64,000 nucleotides of DNA from an uncultured archaeon (GTDB taxonomy: Archaea; Asgardarchaeota; Lokiarchaeia; Sigyniarchaeales; SOKP01), in NCBI GenBank assembly GCA_964388035.1, contig CAYLZE010000013.1:1-64000 (forward strand), written 5' to 3'. Below are positions 30,794 to 42,500 of this stretch, piece after piece. A program made the translations under genes and the position numbers. Every line of letters begins with the position of its first letter. The first letter of the stretch is position 1. The notes beneath the pieces are model-generated. The model was not told the origin of the DNA and made no database searches. It worked only from the letters and a program-made list of their open reading frames with translations.

Positions 30794-33700
30794 TCATAAA
30801 TAGTTTATATTTAAATCTCTCTTTTCAATTTCAAATTCTTTGAGCAGTTTTCCTTCTTTTGCCAAGAGCTCTTCAATCTCTTGTCCTTCTCGCCTTACCA
30901 ATCTAACTTCTTCACATTTCGGGCAATAATAATCTTCTCGTGGTTCTTCTTTATCAAACCATTTTCCGCAGTTCATGCAATTATAACTAGCATAAATTGC
31001 ATCATTTCCACAGGTAGGACAAATTATGTCAAACTCATCAGATAAATACCATGAATTGCATGCTTTACAATGAAGTGTTAACGGTCTTTTTAATTCCTCT
31101 TCAGGCGTAATTAATTTTATTCTTTTAATGACTTGTTCTTTATCAATTCCACTTAATCGTATTTTTTCTGCTTTTAGAGTGCGTAATTTTGCAGATACAA
31201 TATTTTCACGCCTGTTAATTGTGTAATATATTACGAAGCTTATTGCGGCGGATCCTATCGCAATAATGACCCATATACCCCATTCTATCCAATTCACCAG
31301 GAAATTACTAACTTGTACATGAATGGAAGATTCTGCTCGGTTGTTTCCCTCATCAAATGCAATGAGCATGAGAGTATAATTACCATCACTATATTTTCGA
31401 GTATCCCATTCAAACTCTAATATCCCCGTACTTTTACTATAATTTAATAAATTTCGATTAACCCGTTCTTGATTAATGTAGAGGTCTATCCGGCGTTCAT
31501 CGATATCTTTATCATCCGTGATGAGTGCTCTAACAGTTACATTTGAATTGACATTAATATTGTTAATCGGATTCTCAAAGGTGATGACGGGAGCGTTAAA
31601 ATCGGTATCTTGATCATACCCTATATAGATGTCATATAAAATCCATCCATAACCGTAAGAAGTAACTACATCGTTTGAATAAAGGGTGAACATTATCATC
31701 ACAACCTCATTCGAATATTTTGAAATATCAATTTCTTCACTTCCTACGAGATCCTCTGTTTGATAGGTATACTCTTTTAAAACTGTCCAACTATTCCCAT
31801 AATCTGTTGAAATTGATACCATGCACTTATCTAATTCATCATCAGGAAGATTTGTTTCTTGCTGTAATGAAACTTCATAATTATATTGTAAATATACGTG
31901 ATGATCTCCTTGCATTTGAAGGGGAAGAGTAATTAATTGGGCATTCCAGTTGGTTCCATAAGCCCTATATGTCTCTCCAAACACGCGTCCCATACCGCCA
32001 TAGATAGCACTTTCTCCACTATAATTTCCAACGTGCCAGGTATTGTCTCCAGCTAACCACGCAGTCCTCTCATCCGGACTGGGAGTGCCTGCTACATAAT
32101 AATCAGTAATATCATTATTTGAAAATTTACGCCCCACGATATTTCCATCAACTTTATAAGTAAATTCTAACGGTTTGGGATCCGTGAATCCAATGAGATC
32201 ATCCTCTCGATTATACCAATCTGTTTTAACATGATGTATTCCATCATAAGCATGAATTCGAAAAGTTCTATTTTCTATTTCATTCAAGACTAAGGATCTA
32301 CTGAAAAGAATCCCCCGATCATTGATAGTATTGGAGTCAGCCCTCCAATCCCCTTGTACGTTATACATGGTATAATTTTTTCCATCTATTTCTAAATATA
32401 CGTATTCCGGATAAGAATTATCCGCATCATAATAATCTACTGTAAATACATAACTCTGAAATTCGCTTCCCCTTGATAAGGGTGCATCCACGTCTATTAA
32501 AGAAGGAGCTTGTTGATTAGTATAATTCTCAATCGTTACTTGATCAAGCATGAACCCCCTGTAATTTTCCTCATCACGATTATTATCCAGATTAGTAACA
32601 AATCTAAACTGCACGTAATACCCTTTATATTCCGTGAGATTAAATTCTACAACATTCCAGTCATTTTCTACATTCGTAAATGTCTTGAGGGGAATCCATC
32701 CGCTCCAATTTGCACTAATTTGAAGTTGGATGCTATCTCCAGAATCTAAGCTGGTTCGTATTCCAAACCTGATGAAAGGTTGGATGGATTCATCTAATTG
32801 AGTCAGATTGAAGATTGGACTTTTTAAATCACCATCTGGATAGGGAATGGAAGGATGGGTTACTTGATATGTATATACTTCAGGCATGGTATGATAAGTG
32901 CCGAAATACAAAGATTCCCATTGAGTTCCATATATTCGAGATCTATCATCATTCGCATTAGTTTGAGTTAATATTCCCCAGCCTGTCCCGTCATAAGTCC
33001 ATCCTCCCAATCCATCATTGAAAGAATGAATATAGGGAAAGGATTGGGTGTTACTTGGAGGATAAATCGTAATGTTTAAGTATCCTTGAAGGGGATAACG
33101 TATTTTAAACCTGCCATCGCTGGCATATAAAAAGTAGTGATACTCGCCAGGGGTCTCGAACCGTATAGGATTTGTCATGTAAGTCACTCCTTGAGAATAA
33201 TTCATGTTTGCGAAAGTTCCTTGGGGATAGAGAGTATAGTTTTTATTCCCCACCACGCAAACGTAAATATCTTGGGGGGCAACATTCGCTATATCTGCAT
33301 CCGTGTAATTTATAAAAAAGAGATATTGATCTATAGTATAATTATTGTCTGGGGTATCTCCAATATATTCTTGATAACTAATAATGGTTGCATTTTTAAC
33401 TGTATCATCATAATCGATTGCAGTTATATTAAAATAAGGTTTAAAAATATTCGTGGTATTAGTAATCGTTAAATTAAATTCGCTGGCTCCTGTTAGAGCC
33501 TTGATGGTAAGGATGCATTCCGTTTCATTTTCTTTGGGTATGAAGTAAAAATAATTTAGATCATTTAAGTATTTTTGAGAAGATGCCAGTAAGAGGGGTT
33601 CTCCATGAGAATCGGAATTATTTGAATATAAAAATATGTCAAAATCGGTAGGTTCAAAGAAACTTAATGCATTAACGCCCGTTAAATTAAATAAATATTG

Positions 33701-35641
33701 ATTATTTGCAGTGAGATTAATCCTTCGAGCAAATACATGAGCACCTAAAGGATCAACTTGAGAACTAGTAAGATTACCACGGATTATTTCGTCTACCTTA
33801 ATTCTTTTAGTTAATGCATCGATTGCAGCTTGTATATTCAACCGACCATACCCCTCATGCACATCTTTCAATGTCGTACTCGTTCCTATATACGTGCTTG
33901 GAGAATACATGCTTTCATCAATGGGGGTGTTGGGATCATCTTCCCTATTTAAATTCGTTTCCGAAGCGGTCATGAGAAGGGTTGCCTTGATTTCTTTTAT
34001 TCGGGTGCTTAGATCCGTATTCTTTATCCATTCGGTCCAATTGCTCCACTTCGCCTCAATGAGAATATTTATAGCAGCGCTGACGATAGCAGTTGCGATA
34101 GAGGTTCCATATCCCGCAGTGGTCTCGTTTGTCAAAGCATCGGCTCCAATTATTAATCTGGATCCTTTAATGGTGCTTCCTCCCGGAGCCACGATATCAG
34201 GTTTAAGGACCCCGTTGCCTACATCCTTTCCCATGCTACTGTAGGATGTGACCTGGTCTTTATCATTAATCGCTCCAACCACTATTGCATTCTTATTAAT
34301 GGCTAATTGGTTAATAGAATCAACATCCGTTCCTTGAATTCCATAATTGCCAACAGCTATCACTACCAACACGCCCTTTTCAATCACATCATCAATTACT
34401 CTATTTATAACCTCTAAACCTTCCCCCATATATCCAACGCTAAGACAGATGCTGATAATATGGAGTTTTGTTTGATTCAAATATACTGCTTTTAAAGCTT
34501 CAATTAAATCCGAAACGCGGCCGATGCCGGTGTTATTCACTATCTTGTAAGATATTAACTTGGATCCATTCGCAATTCCCGTGAAATAAGTATAATTCTT
34601 AACATAAAATTCTGCGAAATAATTCACGTTCAAATTGTAAGAAAATGAAGGATTTGAAAACGTGGTTTTGTGATATTTAACGTACAAGTCATAGATCCCC
34701 GCTTCATCGCTTCCAACGCTGTGATTGAAGCAATAATATTGATTTTCATTTATATTATAAGTGAAATTCACACGCTCATTGTCTTTATATAATTCCACCC
34801 AAAACTTATCGATTCCCGGATCCTGTAGTTCCCAAGAAGAATTAATAAAAATATTACTATTATCCCTTGATACATTGAAAGTAAATACTTTAATCGAAAA
34901 ATTTCCAGGAGTCGTGTATCCTTCTTGAAATACCTCCGAATGGGTGTAATTCCCTCTTAAATACACGTGAATCGTATTATTCGTATTATATGGCTCTATT
35001 CCTGTCCCTCCTATAATAGAGCTTATAAAGGTTCCATGACCATTATCATCTGAAATAACACTATTTGAGGGATCGGTAAAATCCTCCCAATCAACAATAT
35101 TCCCGCTAAGATCCACGGGATTATATCCTTCGGGGAAGAAAGGATTATTCGGGGAAATGCCACTATCCAAAACGGCGATAGAGCAGTTAGTATCTCCTTT
35201 AAACCCATTTTGATACCACGTGGAATTAACCGCTTGGGATTGCAATGAAGCATAATTCATTTGTACTTCAATATTCTCATCGTTCTCAACACCTGCTTTA
35301 GGGACATCTGTTTCAAAGGGAGCTATATTGTTCTGAGAGATTTTTCCCGAGAATCCTGAAACGTTATTAAATGTATCATTCCATCTTCTATTAATAATGC
35401 CTCCATGAGATTCAAACTGAGTTTCAGCATCTAAATCATAGGTTGAATTGTTGAAGTACACGATAACGTCCTGGATGTCATTTCCATTTGAAGGATTAAT
35501 TTCACTTAGATCGTGGTTTTGCTCATTGAGATCATTTTCAATTATAGGTGTAGCATTCATCTCTTGATTGAAAAAGAACGGAAAGACGTTAATTAACAAG
35601 AAAAATGATAGAACGATTACTACTAAATACTTTTTATGCAT
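30794..35641 (-). CDS. Large membrane-anchored S8 subtilisin-like peptidase with beta-sandwich/Ig-like domains and a cytoplasmic Zn-ribbon tail
   Basis: Signal peptide; triad IAVLDSG, DNGHGT, GTSIA; KPDIVAPG; GYGRLN; C-terminal TM; then CKAC, CPTC, CMNC and CPKC. Confidence 0.9.
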   Translation of the reverse strand: MHKKYLVVIVLSFFLLINVFPFFFNQEMNATPIIENDLNEQNHDLSEINPSNGNDIQDVIVYFNNSTYDLDAETQFESHGGIINRRWNDTFNNVSGFSGKISQNNIAPFETDVPKAGVENDENIEVQMNYASLQSQAVNSTWYQNGFKGDTNCSIAVLDSGISPNNPFFPEGYNPVDLSGNIVDWEDFTDPSNSVISDDNGHGTFISSIIGGTGIEPYNTNNTIHVYLRGNYTHSEVFQEGYTTPGNFSIKVFTFNVSRDNSNIFINSSWELQDPGIDKFWVELYKDNERVNFTYNINENQYYCFNHSVGSDEAGIYDLYVKYHKTTFSNPSFSYNLNVNYFAEFYVKNYTYFTGIANGSKLISYKIVNNTGIGRVSDLIEALKAVYLNQTKLHIISICLSVGYMGEGLEVINRVIDDVIEKGVLVVIAVGNYGIQGTDVDSINQLAINKNAIVVGAINDKDQVTSYSSMGKDVGNGVLKPDIVAPGGSTIKGSRLIIGADALTNETTAGYGTSIATAIVSAAINILIEAKWSNWTEWIKNTDLSTRIKEIKATLLMTASETNLNREDDPNTPIDESMYSPSTYIGTSTTLKDVHEGYGRLNIQAAIDALTKRIKVDEIIRGNLTSSQVDPLGAHVFARRINLTANNQYLFNLTGVNALSFFEPTDFDIFLYSNNSDSHGEPLLLASSQKYLNDLNYFYFIPKENETECILTIKALTGASEFNLTITNTTNIFKPYFNITAIDYDDTVKNATIISYQEYIGDTPDNNYTIDQYLFFINYTDADIANVAPQDIYVCVVGNKNYTLYPQGTFANMNYSQGVTYMTNPIRFETPGEYHYFLYASDGRFKIRYPLQGYLNITIYPPSNTQSFPYIHSFNDGLGGWTYDGTGWGILTQTNANDDRSRIYGTQWESLYFGTYHTMPEVYTYQVTHPSIPYPDGDLKSPIFNLTQLDESIQPFIRFGIRTSLDSGDSIQLQISANWSGWIPLKTFTNVENDWNVVEFNLTEYKGYYVQFRFVTNLDNNRDEENYRGFMLDQVTIENYTNQQAPSLIDVDAPLSRGSEFQSYVFTVDYYDADNSYPEYVYLEIDGKNYTMYNVQGDWRADSNTINDRGILFSRSLVLNEIENRTFRIHAYDGIHHVKTDWYNREDDLIGFTDPKPLEFTYKVDGNIVGRKFSNNDITDYYVAGTPSPDERTAWLAGDNTWHVGNYSGESAIYGGMGRVFGETYRAYGTNWNAQLITLPLQMQGDHHVYLQYNYEVSLQQETNLPDDELDKCMVSISTDYGNSWTVLKEYTYQTEDLVGSEEIDISKYSNEVVMIMFTLYSNDVVTSYGYGWILYDIYIGYDQDTDFNAPVITFENPINNINVNSNVTVRALITDDKDIDERRIDLYINQERVNRNLLNYSKSTGILEFEWDTRKYSDGNYTLMLIAFDEGNNRAESSIHVQVSNFLVNWIEWGIWVIIAIGSAAISFVIYYTINRRENIVSAKLRTLKAEKIRLSGIDKEQVIKRIKLITPEEELKRPLTLHCKACNSWYLSDEFDIICPTCGNDAIYASYNCMNCGKWFDKEEPREDYYCPKCEEVRLVRREGQEIEELLAKEGKLLKEFEIEKRDLNINYL

Positions 35642-38600
35642 TCAACTCACCCCCTTCCTCCCCTCGATTTTCAATATCATGTAAAATATTTAGTCGCTCC
35701 CTTAATGTGTGTTCTACCTTCAAAATGGCATCCAAGGAATTTAACTCGAATAAACCCTCTTCGGCTCGCATTATTTCATACTTATCTTTCTTATATTTAG
35801 ACGTGTATCTGTAATAGACACTCAAAACCCCCACAGATATTATGGATGGAATTAAAATATAAAATAATTGATAGATCCGTGGAGCAACGATTTTTATAGG
35901 AACTTCATTTGAACTTATTTGCTCTTTAAATAAAAAATAATAATCAATAAATGCTCCCGTTAAATTCATGGCAACCTGGGTTTTAGCTCGTATCTTATAG
36001 GAGAAGGAAATCACTTGTCCTGGTTCAAAATTAACGCTGAAATTATTCACCAATTTTCCTTCTATCAGACCAAAGCTTTCTTCTCCAAAACTGAGAGCGT
36101 CGCTAAGGAGAAAATTGTTAATGTTAATCGTTCCCACATTTTTTATGCTAATCAAGACCGTGATAATATCATCCACTGCAGCTTGTGCTTTATCAATAGT
36201 TTTATTCAGGGATAATTGTATTTTACCAAGAGTTATGGGATCCGAGGAAAAAATTTGAACAGTCCTGCTTTCATTTCCTCCTAAAAAGTTAATGGCTGGA
36301 TAGTAATAACCTTTCCAACTGGTTTTTGCAAGAGTAATTCTGGTTGATTTGATCTGATTGTAACTAATGTGTTCAATTGTGGTAAGATAAGAGCTGGTGG
36401 TAAACAGTCCTTCATACATATCTCCCATCATCATTTTAATTTCAGGGATGGTCGTTCCTTTTGCCGTATTTTTCACGTTGATATACAAAGTGAATCTCTG
36501 ATCTAGTTTGGGTGAACCAGTAGAGGTATTATAGAAGATTTCTACTATTCGTAGATAAGGAAATTTTTTAATATAATCAACGGGTGCATTAAAAAAGACC
36601 TCGTTGGAATGCACATATAAAGAAGTGCCATTTATGTTATCAATAAGATTATCATTATAAAAGGTTATTTTTGCTTCATTAATCGAGCCAGAATTGGGGG
36701 TATAGAACGTGAAATTAACGATCTTTTCTTCGGAAGGTCCTAATGAAGAAATATTATAGTAAAGATAATCATTATGAACCGTGAAGTTCTTCGCATTTTC
36801 AATGATTCCTGGAACTAAAATGGAAACGGATACATTTCTCGCGATATTTGACCCTATATTCTGCAAAGTTAGAGAATATTCGTTGACCTGTTTTAGATCC
36901 GGGTTATAATATTTCAATTCGGAAGTGGCGATAAGGGATGCCATGTCATAATTGCTTACTTTTACCGAATTAGATCGACGGCTGTAATAAGTATATCCTT
37001 TTTCTCCGCTAAAAAGTACTCTCGTACGAGAAACATTATAAACATTGATTTCGCTCTTTAAAAATGTGAGATCAACCTCATCAATGGAAATTTCAAATTT
37101 TTCCGTATCTGTTCTACTCATTCTCAAGATGACGGTATTATTTTGAGGTGTATCCTTGTTATGTACCCATTTTAAATGATCATTATGTTTCAAAAAAGAA
37201 ATTGTAAGGGTCTTATTATCTTCTAAAGTGGTAATCCCCGAGGGAATTGGTTCGAATTGTTCACTAGTAAAATTAAATATCTCGAAGGTCAAACTTAAAT
37301 TAGCTAAACTAACCTCATTTGTAAAGTTAATAATAATGTTCATTCCTTCTAGTGTGTTGTTTACCAAATCAATATGAGTTTGGTTTTCAAAAACGAAAAT
37401 CACGTTCAATTCTTCATTTCCGTAATATTTCTCAGAACTGATATTCCATCCAATTCCATCAGTAGTTAAGGCCGAGGTTGAGTTTGTATTATCAATAGAA
37501 GTTCCTATAACCAGTTCTGGTGTAGGAAATGGCCGTGTTTGGTTTAGAAAATTACATTCATATATTTTAGTATAAGTATCATAGCTCGAATCGGCTAAAG
37601 ACACGTTAGCAGGTGAAATTGTCACGTTCTCTCCTGGTTTAATGACCCAGTTATCATCATTCCAAATACTATTGTTGTTATTGAATGTATTTCTAAATGG
37701 ATATAATGCGGCATAGAGAGCCGGGTTGTCTTCTCGAATGTAATCGATTAACTCATCCATATTCTCACTGTAAGGATATATATTCGCGGGAGTTAGTGCA
37801 GGATAATAACTATCAACGACTCCAGTACCTAATGCATCAATATAAAATAAGCGAGGGGGTTCGTCTAAATTCATGAATTCTTCCAACGAGTCATAATTGT
37901 CAAAATATTTCTGAACCGACTCCCACAGATCATCATAAAGGGTATCACCCAAAATATCATGTAAATTAACGAGATCTAGCAAATAAGGTGTGGGAATTCC
38001 CCAAGCATCTTCCGTGCCCACATTTGAGAGTGTAATGTTGAAATTAAAGTCACGATTTATCCCATAAGAAGCATTCATGTTAGGCATGATTTTGGTCACT
38101 AAAAGCTGAGGCTCCGAACCAGAAGTCCTGTATTTCACTTTGAAATCATCAATAGGATTTAGTATTCCCGTAGGAATACTGGAAAAAGGTTCCACTCCGG
38201 TTAACTGAATGGCATTGATAATATCCGTGGGATCTTCTTTATCTATGGGAAGCATAAAAATGCTACTCATTCCCTCAACACTATTCCAGTATAGCTTTAA
38301 ATTATAATTCTTGATAACATTTACATCAAAGTCATTCATTCCTACAAGAGAAGTTATTTCCTGAATTTTATCCAATAAATAATCTGAAAATTCGAATAAC
38401 TTAGGAGTCATGTCAAGAATTTCAGTGCATAAGATATGCACGTTAATCTGACTCATGAATGCTCCCATTAATGCAATGTAAATCTTTTCACTGGGAGCTA
38501 GCGAGTCCCCATCATATCCAAGGGTATCCCATAAATTAAATTCGTACTGGTTAGCGGCAATTTTATCTATACCTTCCTTCAACCCCTCATATTGAATTTG

Positions 38601-39494
38601 AATTAATGTATAATGGGAATCTTCAGCTAATTGTATCTGTTGTTGAGAAGAACTTGATGCATTATCTCCCGTTAATAAATTCAAGAATTGGGATGTATTT
38701 GAACTTTGGAGTAATGATATGCCAAAATCATCTAAATTAAAGTTTAATTGATAAGTAGATAAATCTTTATTCTCATTCAAAAAGTCAAGAGAATTGATCA
38801 TCAAGAAATAGGAAGATAAATGAAAATGCTTGTAATAAGACTCATTTTCCAAGCGATCCAAGTTTAAAGCTTGCCAATATCCGTCCATTGGAAAGTTTTC
38901 GGTGAGTTTATCCAAATAACTGTCCCATTGGGGATAATATCCTACAAATGGAAAAAAGTTATTTTTATTTGTCTTGAGTAGAATCAAATCAATTTGGAAT
39001 TTATTTTTTATAATATCAAGAGCTCTTTCAGCACGCCATTGTATTTCCTCTTTACCTACATCTTCATCATAATATAAAAATCCCGTAAATCCGTTCATAT
39101 TAGGAATTGAGGGAAATTTTAAATCCGTTTCAGTCAGCACCGCTGGAAATATTTCAGGCTGTATTCCATTTGATGCACAAATGAAAAAATTGCATTTATA
39201 GAAGGCGGGGTCATTAGTATCAAATTGAGGAATAATATTCGTGTCATTGGTAAATAAAGATTGTTGAATAATAGATTTATTTCCGGCAAGATACACGTTA
39301 ATTTGTTCGGAGTAAAGATCAGAGCCCGCGATATCTGCAGGCTTTAAAAGGGTCTTTTTATTAGTACCATCTATTTTATAATCCTCTTCTTGAGAACTAG
39401 TTGGATTAATCGTGGAAGGGGTGTTCTTTAACAAATTGACTGATACCAGCAAGATCAAAGTTAATAATAGAATTGAACTGACTTTTCTTTTAAT
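35634..39494 (-). CDS. Large membrane-anchored cell-surface protein with DUF11/CARDB-like Ig repeats
   Basis: Repeated 'ITLSNVG/LTLQNIG/ISIKNVG' and 'PGE/PGQ' Ig-type strands, many NxS/T sequons and a C-terminal TM. The signal peptide is complete only if translation starts at ATT 39494 or ATA 39497, after GGAGG; the ORF track gives TTG 39458. Confidence 0.75.
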   Translation of the reverse strand: MKRKVSSILLLTLILLVSVNLLKNTPSTINPTSSQEEDYKIDGTNKKTLLKPADIAGSDLYSEQINVYLAGNKSIIQQSLFTNDTNIIPQFDTNDPAFYKCNFFICASNGIQPEIFPAVLTETDLKFPSIPNMNGFTGFLYYDEDVGKEEIQWRAERALDIIKNKFQIDLILLKTNKNNFFPFVGYYPQWDSYLDKLTENFPMDGYWQALNLDRLENESYYKHFHLSSYFLMINSLDFLNENKDLSTYQLNFNLDDFGISLLQSSNTSQFLNLLTGDNASSSSQQQIQLAEDSHYTLIQIQYEGLKEGIDKIAANQYEFNLWDTLGYDGDSLAPSEKIYIALMGAFMSQINVHILCTEILDMTPKLFEFSDYLLDKIQEITSLVGMNDFDVNVIKNYNLKLYWNSVEGMSSIFMLPIDKEDPTDIINAIQLTGVEPFSSIPTGILNPIDDFKVKYRTSGSEPQLLVTKIMPNMNASYGINRDFNFNITLSNVGTEDAWGIPTPYLLDLVNLHDILGDTLYDDLWESVQKYFDNYDSLEEFMNLDEPPRLFYIDALGTGVVDSYYPALTPANIYPYSENMDELIDYIREDNPALYAALYPFRNTFNNNNSIWNDDNWVIKPGENVTISPANVSLADSSYDTYTKIYECNFLNQTRPFPTPELVIGTSIDNTNSTSALTTDGIGWNISSEKYYGNEELNVIFVFENQTHIDLVNNTLEGMNIIINFTNEVSLANLSLTFEIFNFTSEQFEPIPSGITTLEDNKTLTISFLKHNDHLKWVHNKDTPQNNTVILRMSRTDTEKFEISIDEVDLTFLKSEINVYNVSRTRVLFSGEKGYTYYSRRSNSVKVSNYDMASLIATSELKYYNPDLKQVNEYSLTLQNIGSNIARNVSVSILVPGIIENAKNFTVHNDYLYYNISSLGPSEEKIVNFTFYTPNSGSINEAKITFYNDNLIDNINGTSLYVHSNEVFFNAPVDYIKKFPYLRIVEIFYNTSTGSPKLDQRFTLYINVKNTAKGTTIPEIKMMMGDMYEGLFTTSSYLTTIEHISYNQIKSTRITLAKTSWKGYYYPAINFLGGNESRTVQIFSSDPITLGKIQLSLNKTIDKAQAAVDDIITVLISIKNVGTININNFLLSDALSFGEESFGLIEGKLVNNFSVNFEPGQVISFSYKIRAKTQVAMNLTGAFIDYYFLFKEQISSNEVPIKIVAPRIYQLFYILIPSIISVGVLSVYYRYTSKYKKDKYEIMRAEEGLFELNSLDAILKVEHTLRERLNILHDIENRGEEGGELNA

Positions 39495-39506
39495 TATATA
39501 TCCCTC

Positions 39507-42500
39507 CTATAATGTTTCTCTATAAATATCTACTAATTTTTCACGCCGGGATTTTGTTAATATTATTCTCATCCCCACTAACACGGATAATGTGGAAAGC
39601 GTATAAACCGTAATCGCGTTTTGTAACGGAAATACAATATCCGTAGGGGTATCCGAGAGGAGATTGAGATTGGATGATAATAACCATGCTGTAAACCATC
39701 CCGTAAGAATTCCCACGATTGCGCTACTCGTCATGATGATAATCGCTTCTATGATGAATAAACGATTCACATCCTTACCTTTCAATCCCAAGGTTCGAAC
39801 AATACCGATTTCTTTCTTCCTTTCTATAATTGAAGAGTAAGAGGAAGATATCAAACCAAAAAGACAAATAACCACCGTAGCTGATAATACCAGAGAAAAT
39901 ATAGAATCTAACGTTGAGAAGGTTCGCTCATTATTGGCAACTTCCCTTTCCAAATCAGTAACTCTAAAATCATAATCATACTTGTATGTATCCTCGATAT
40001 AGGTTTCTATTTGATGGGAATTTTGGACTGCATTTTCGCTTAATTGAATGAAAAACTTGTCCGCATATACATTTGCAGGAACATCTAGTAAATGTATATA
40101 GAGATCTTGTGAGATTAACACGCCTCCATTATTAGCTGCATTCGTGGATCCCGAAAATCTTCCCGAAAAACCAGGCATGGTGGAAGCCATTCCTGCGATA
40201 ATAAAAACATAATTATCTGACTCATCCCCTCTTTGTATGCTTAAACGCACTTTATCCCCTAAATTCAGATTTAAACTCGCACCAATTGCTTCAGAAATAA
40301 TACAATAATAGGTTCCTTGATTGCTAAAAATTTGATTGAATGCCTCATCTTGATCCCCGCGCGTGAATTTAATATAATTTGAATTAATCGTAGTAAGATA
40401 TTCTTGATCGATACCGTATAAACTGATACCAATGGTTGATAAACCTGCATAATCTCCAAACTGCACATTGAATTCTTTGCCCACTTGAGAATAGACCTGG
40501 GTTAGATGAGAAGGCGCTGCTGGCAAGCAAGATACTTTTTCAACCCCATCAATTTCCAGTAAAACATCTTTAAAATCCGTCGTCATTATTCTACTCGGAT
40601 CAATGTTATACTTATCATCGGCTGCCAGATTTATGCTGGAATCTGATAAAGTTCTGGGTTGCGTTTCTTCCGAAGTGGGAGAAGTGCTAAAAAAACTAAA
40701 TCCCCCTCCTCCGCCCCTCGATGTTCGGGTAGTATCCCATCCCCTGGTTTCGATAACTAAGTCTGATCCATATTGCAAGCGAATATTAAGCGAAAATTGA
40801 GCTGAAATGGTTTGTAGTACCGTGGCCGTGAAAATCACGAAGGAAAAAGACATTGCAAAAATAATGACAGTACTGGTATTTCTTCTATGATATCGAAATA
40901 CAAAAATTCTTACGATATTATGCAATTTTTTTGAGATTGGTCTAAATAGTTCAATAAGGGCTCTTAAAAAAATAGGGACTAACCCCATACCAGCCAAGGT
41001 TACTCCAATATTGAAAATTAATAAAACAGTTAATAACGTGCCCGATAATAATGACATATCTCCCGAAATTATCAATCGTGGAATTACAAAATAAACAAAT
41101 CCCCCATTTCCGGCAAGAATTAAACCGATAAGGATTAATCTGTAATTTACTGTGGACTTTTTTTGTAAATGATAAAGAGTATCCTCATGCCGATAGGGAT
41201 GAATGGATTCTATTAATTGAAGTCTTCTCACTTTCAACGCGGGAGCAATACTGACCATCAAGCCTACTCCAATTCCAAGCCCATAAGCAATCAAAATCGA
41301 GACTATATTAAATGAAAATGATACTCCGGCATTCCCCAACCCAAATCCCGAAGAAAGAACATTTTCCGCAAAGGGCAACAAAAATATGTCCGTAATAAAA
41401 TACGCTTCCACCATACCTAAAATGGTTCCTATATTACACATTAAAAACCCCTGGATGATGACGATGGCAAGATTATAATTTTTATAGGCTCCCAACACTC
41501 GAAAAATTCCGAATTCTCGAATCTTCTCCTCTACTGACGTGTTCAAGATTCCATTTATCAGTATTCCCGAAATCATCATTCCTATAATAGAGACGAATAC
41601 AAATATAATAGTAATCCCCACACTGAATATTTGGGAATATCCCAACATCTCTAATTTGGGTAAGTCAATGGTGTATTCCTCAAGTCCTAAAGCTTCTTGT
41701 ATGCCCGCCGCGAACTGCTTTACCTTGATCTCGGTTCCTTTCACATCCCGAATATCATAAAACTGAGATGAAGATTTAAAGGTCATGATTAATTGACTAC
41801 AGCGGTCCTTAAACTCATCATACCCGAAAATACTCTGAAGGGTTGAGATATCAACCACGATGAGATTTTTACCTCGATAATCAGAAGGCCATTTTAAATT
41901 ATAGTCAAAAATAAAGTCAATAACTAGCCTCTTAGTCTTTGTTATCGTTTTATCTCCGTGGGTAATTTCTATGGTTATTTTAATTGAATCGCCTGCCTTA
42001 TATTTAATATTATCCGCAAAATCTTGATAAATTGCGCAATGATATAAAGGAAGAGAAACTGGTCCCATTGAATTCCCAGTATTTGGATCCAAAAATTCTC
42101 CAAATCCTAAAGAATTTTCCAAAGTGAAATCAATCCCCGAAATTGTTGTTAATTGCTCATATTCAGTTAATACATTACTATCATAACTTTCTTTAATGTA
42201 TACCGATCCGGAAGCTTCAAATCGCGGGATGTATGATTGAATCTGGTTCGTTTCTGCCTCCACCTTCTCGATTACTTCTTGAAACTTAAAATAGGAAGAT
42301 CTACCTACGGGTTCTCCGTTATAATGTCTAACATAAATAGCCATATCTTGATTCCCTGCATCTGCTGCTAAATAATCAACAAAGGATGCAGTCACCGAAT
42401 CGGATAGAAAAAGAATGATAGAAAGTAGCGATACGGAAATCATTACCCCAAAAATTCCCAAAAAACTTCTCAATTTTTTACTTCTTAAATCATTAAATGC

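Noticed and set aside
39495-39509. The permease stop TAG is in frame with the surface-protein gene, suggesting pyrrolysine or readthrough fusion
   Set aside because: The paralogous permease ends at the equivalent motif (DIFRQTF vs DIYRETL), and an RBS plus signal peptide follow, so independent initiation is simpler.
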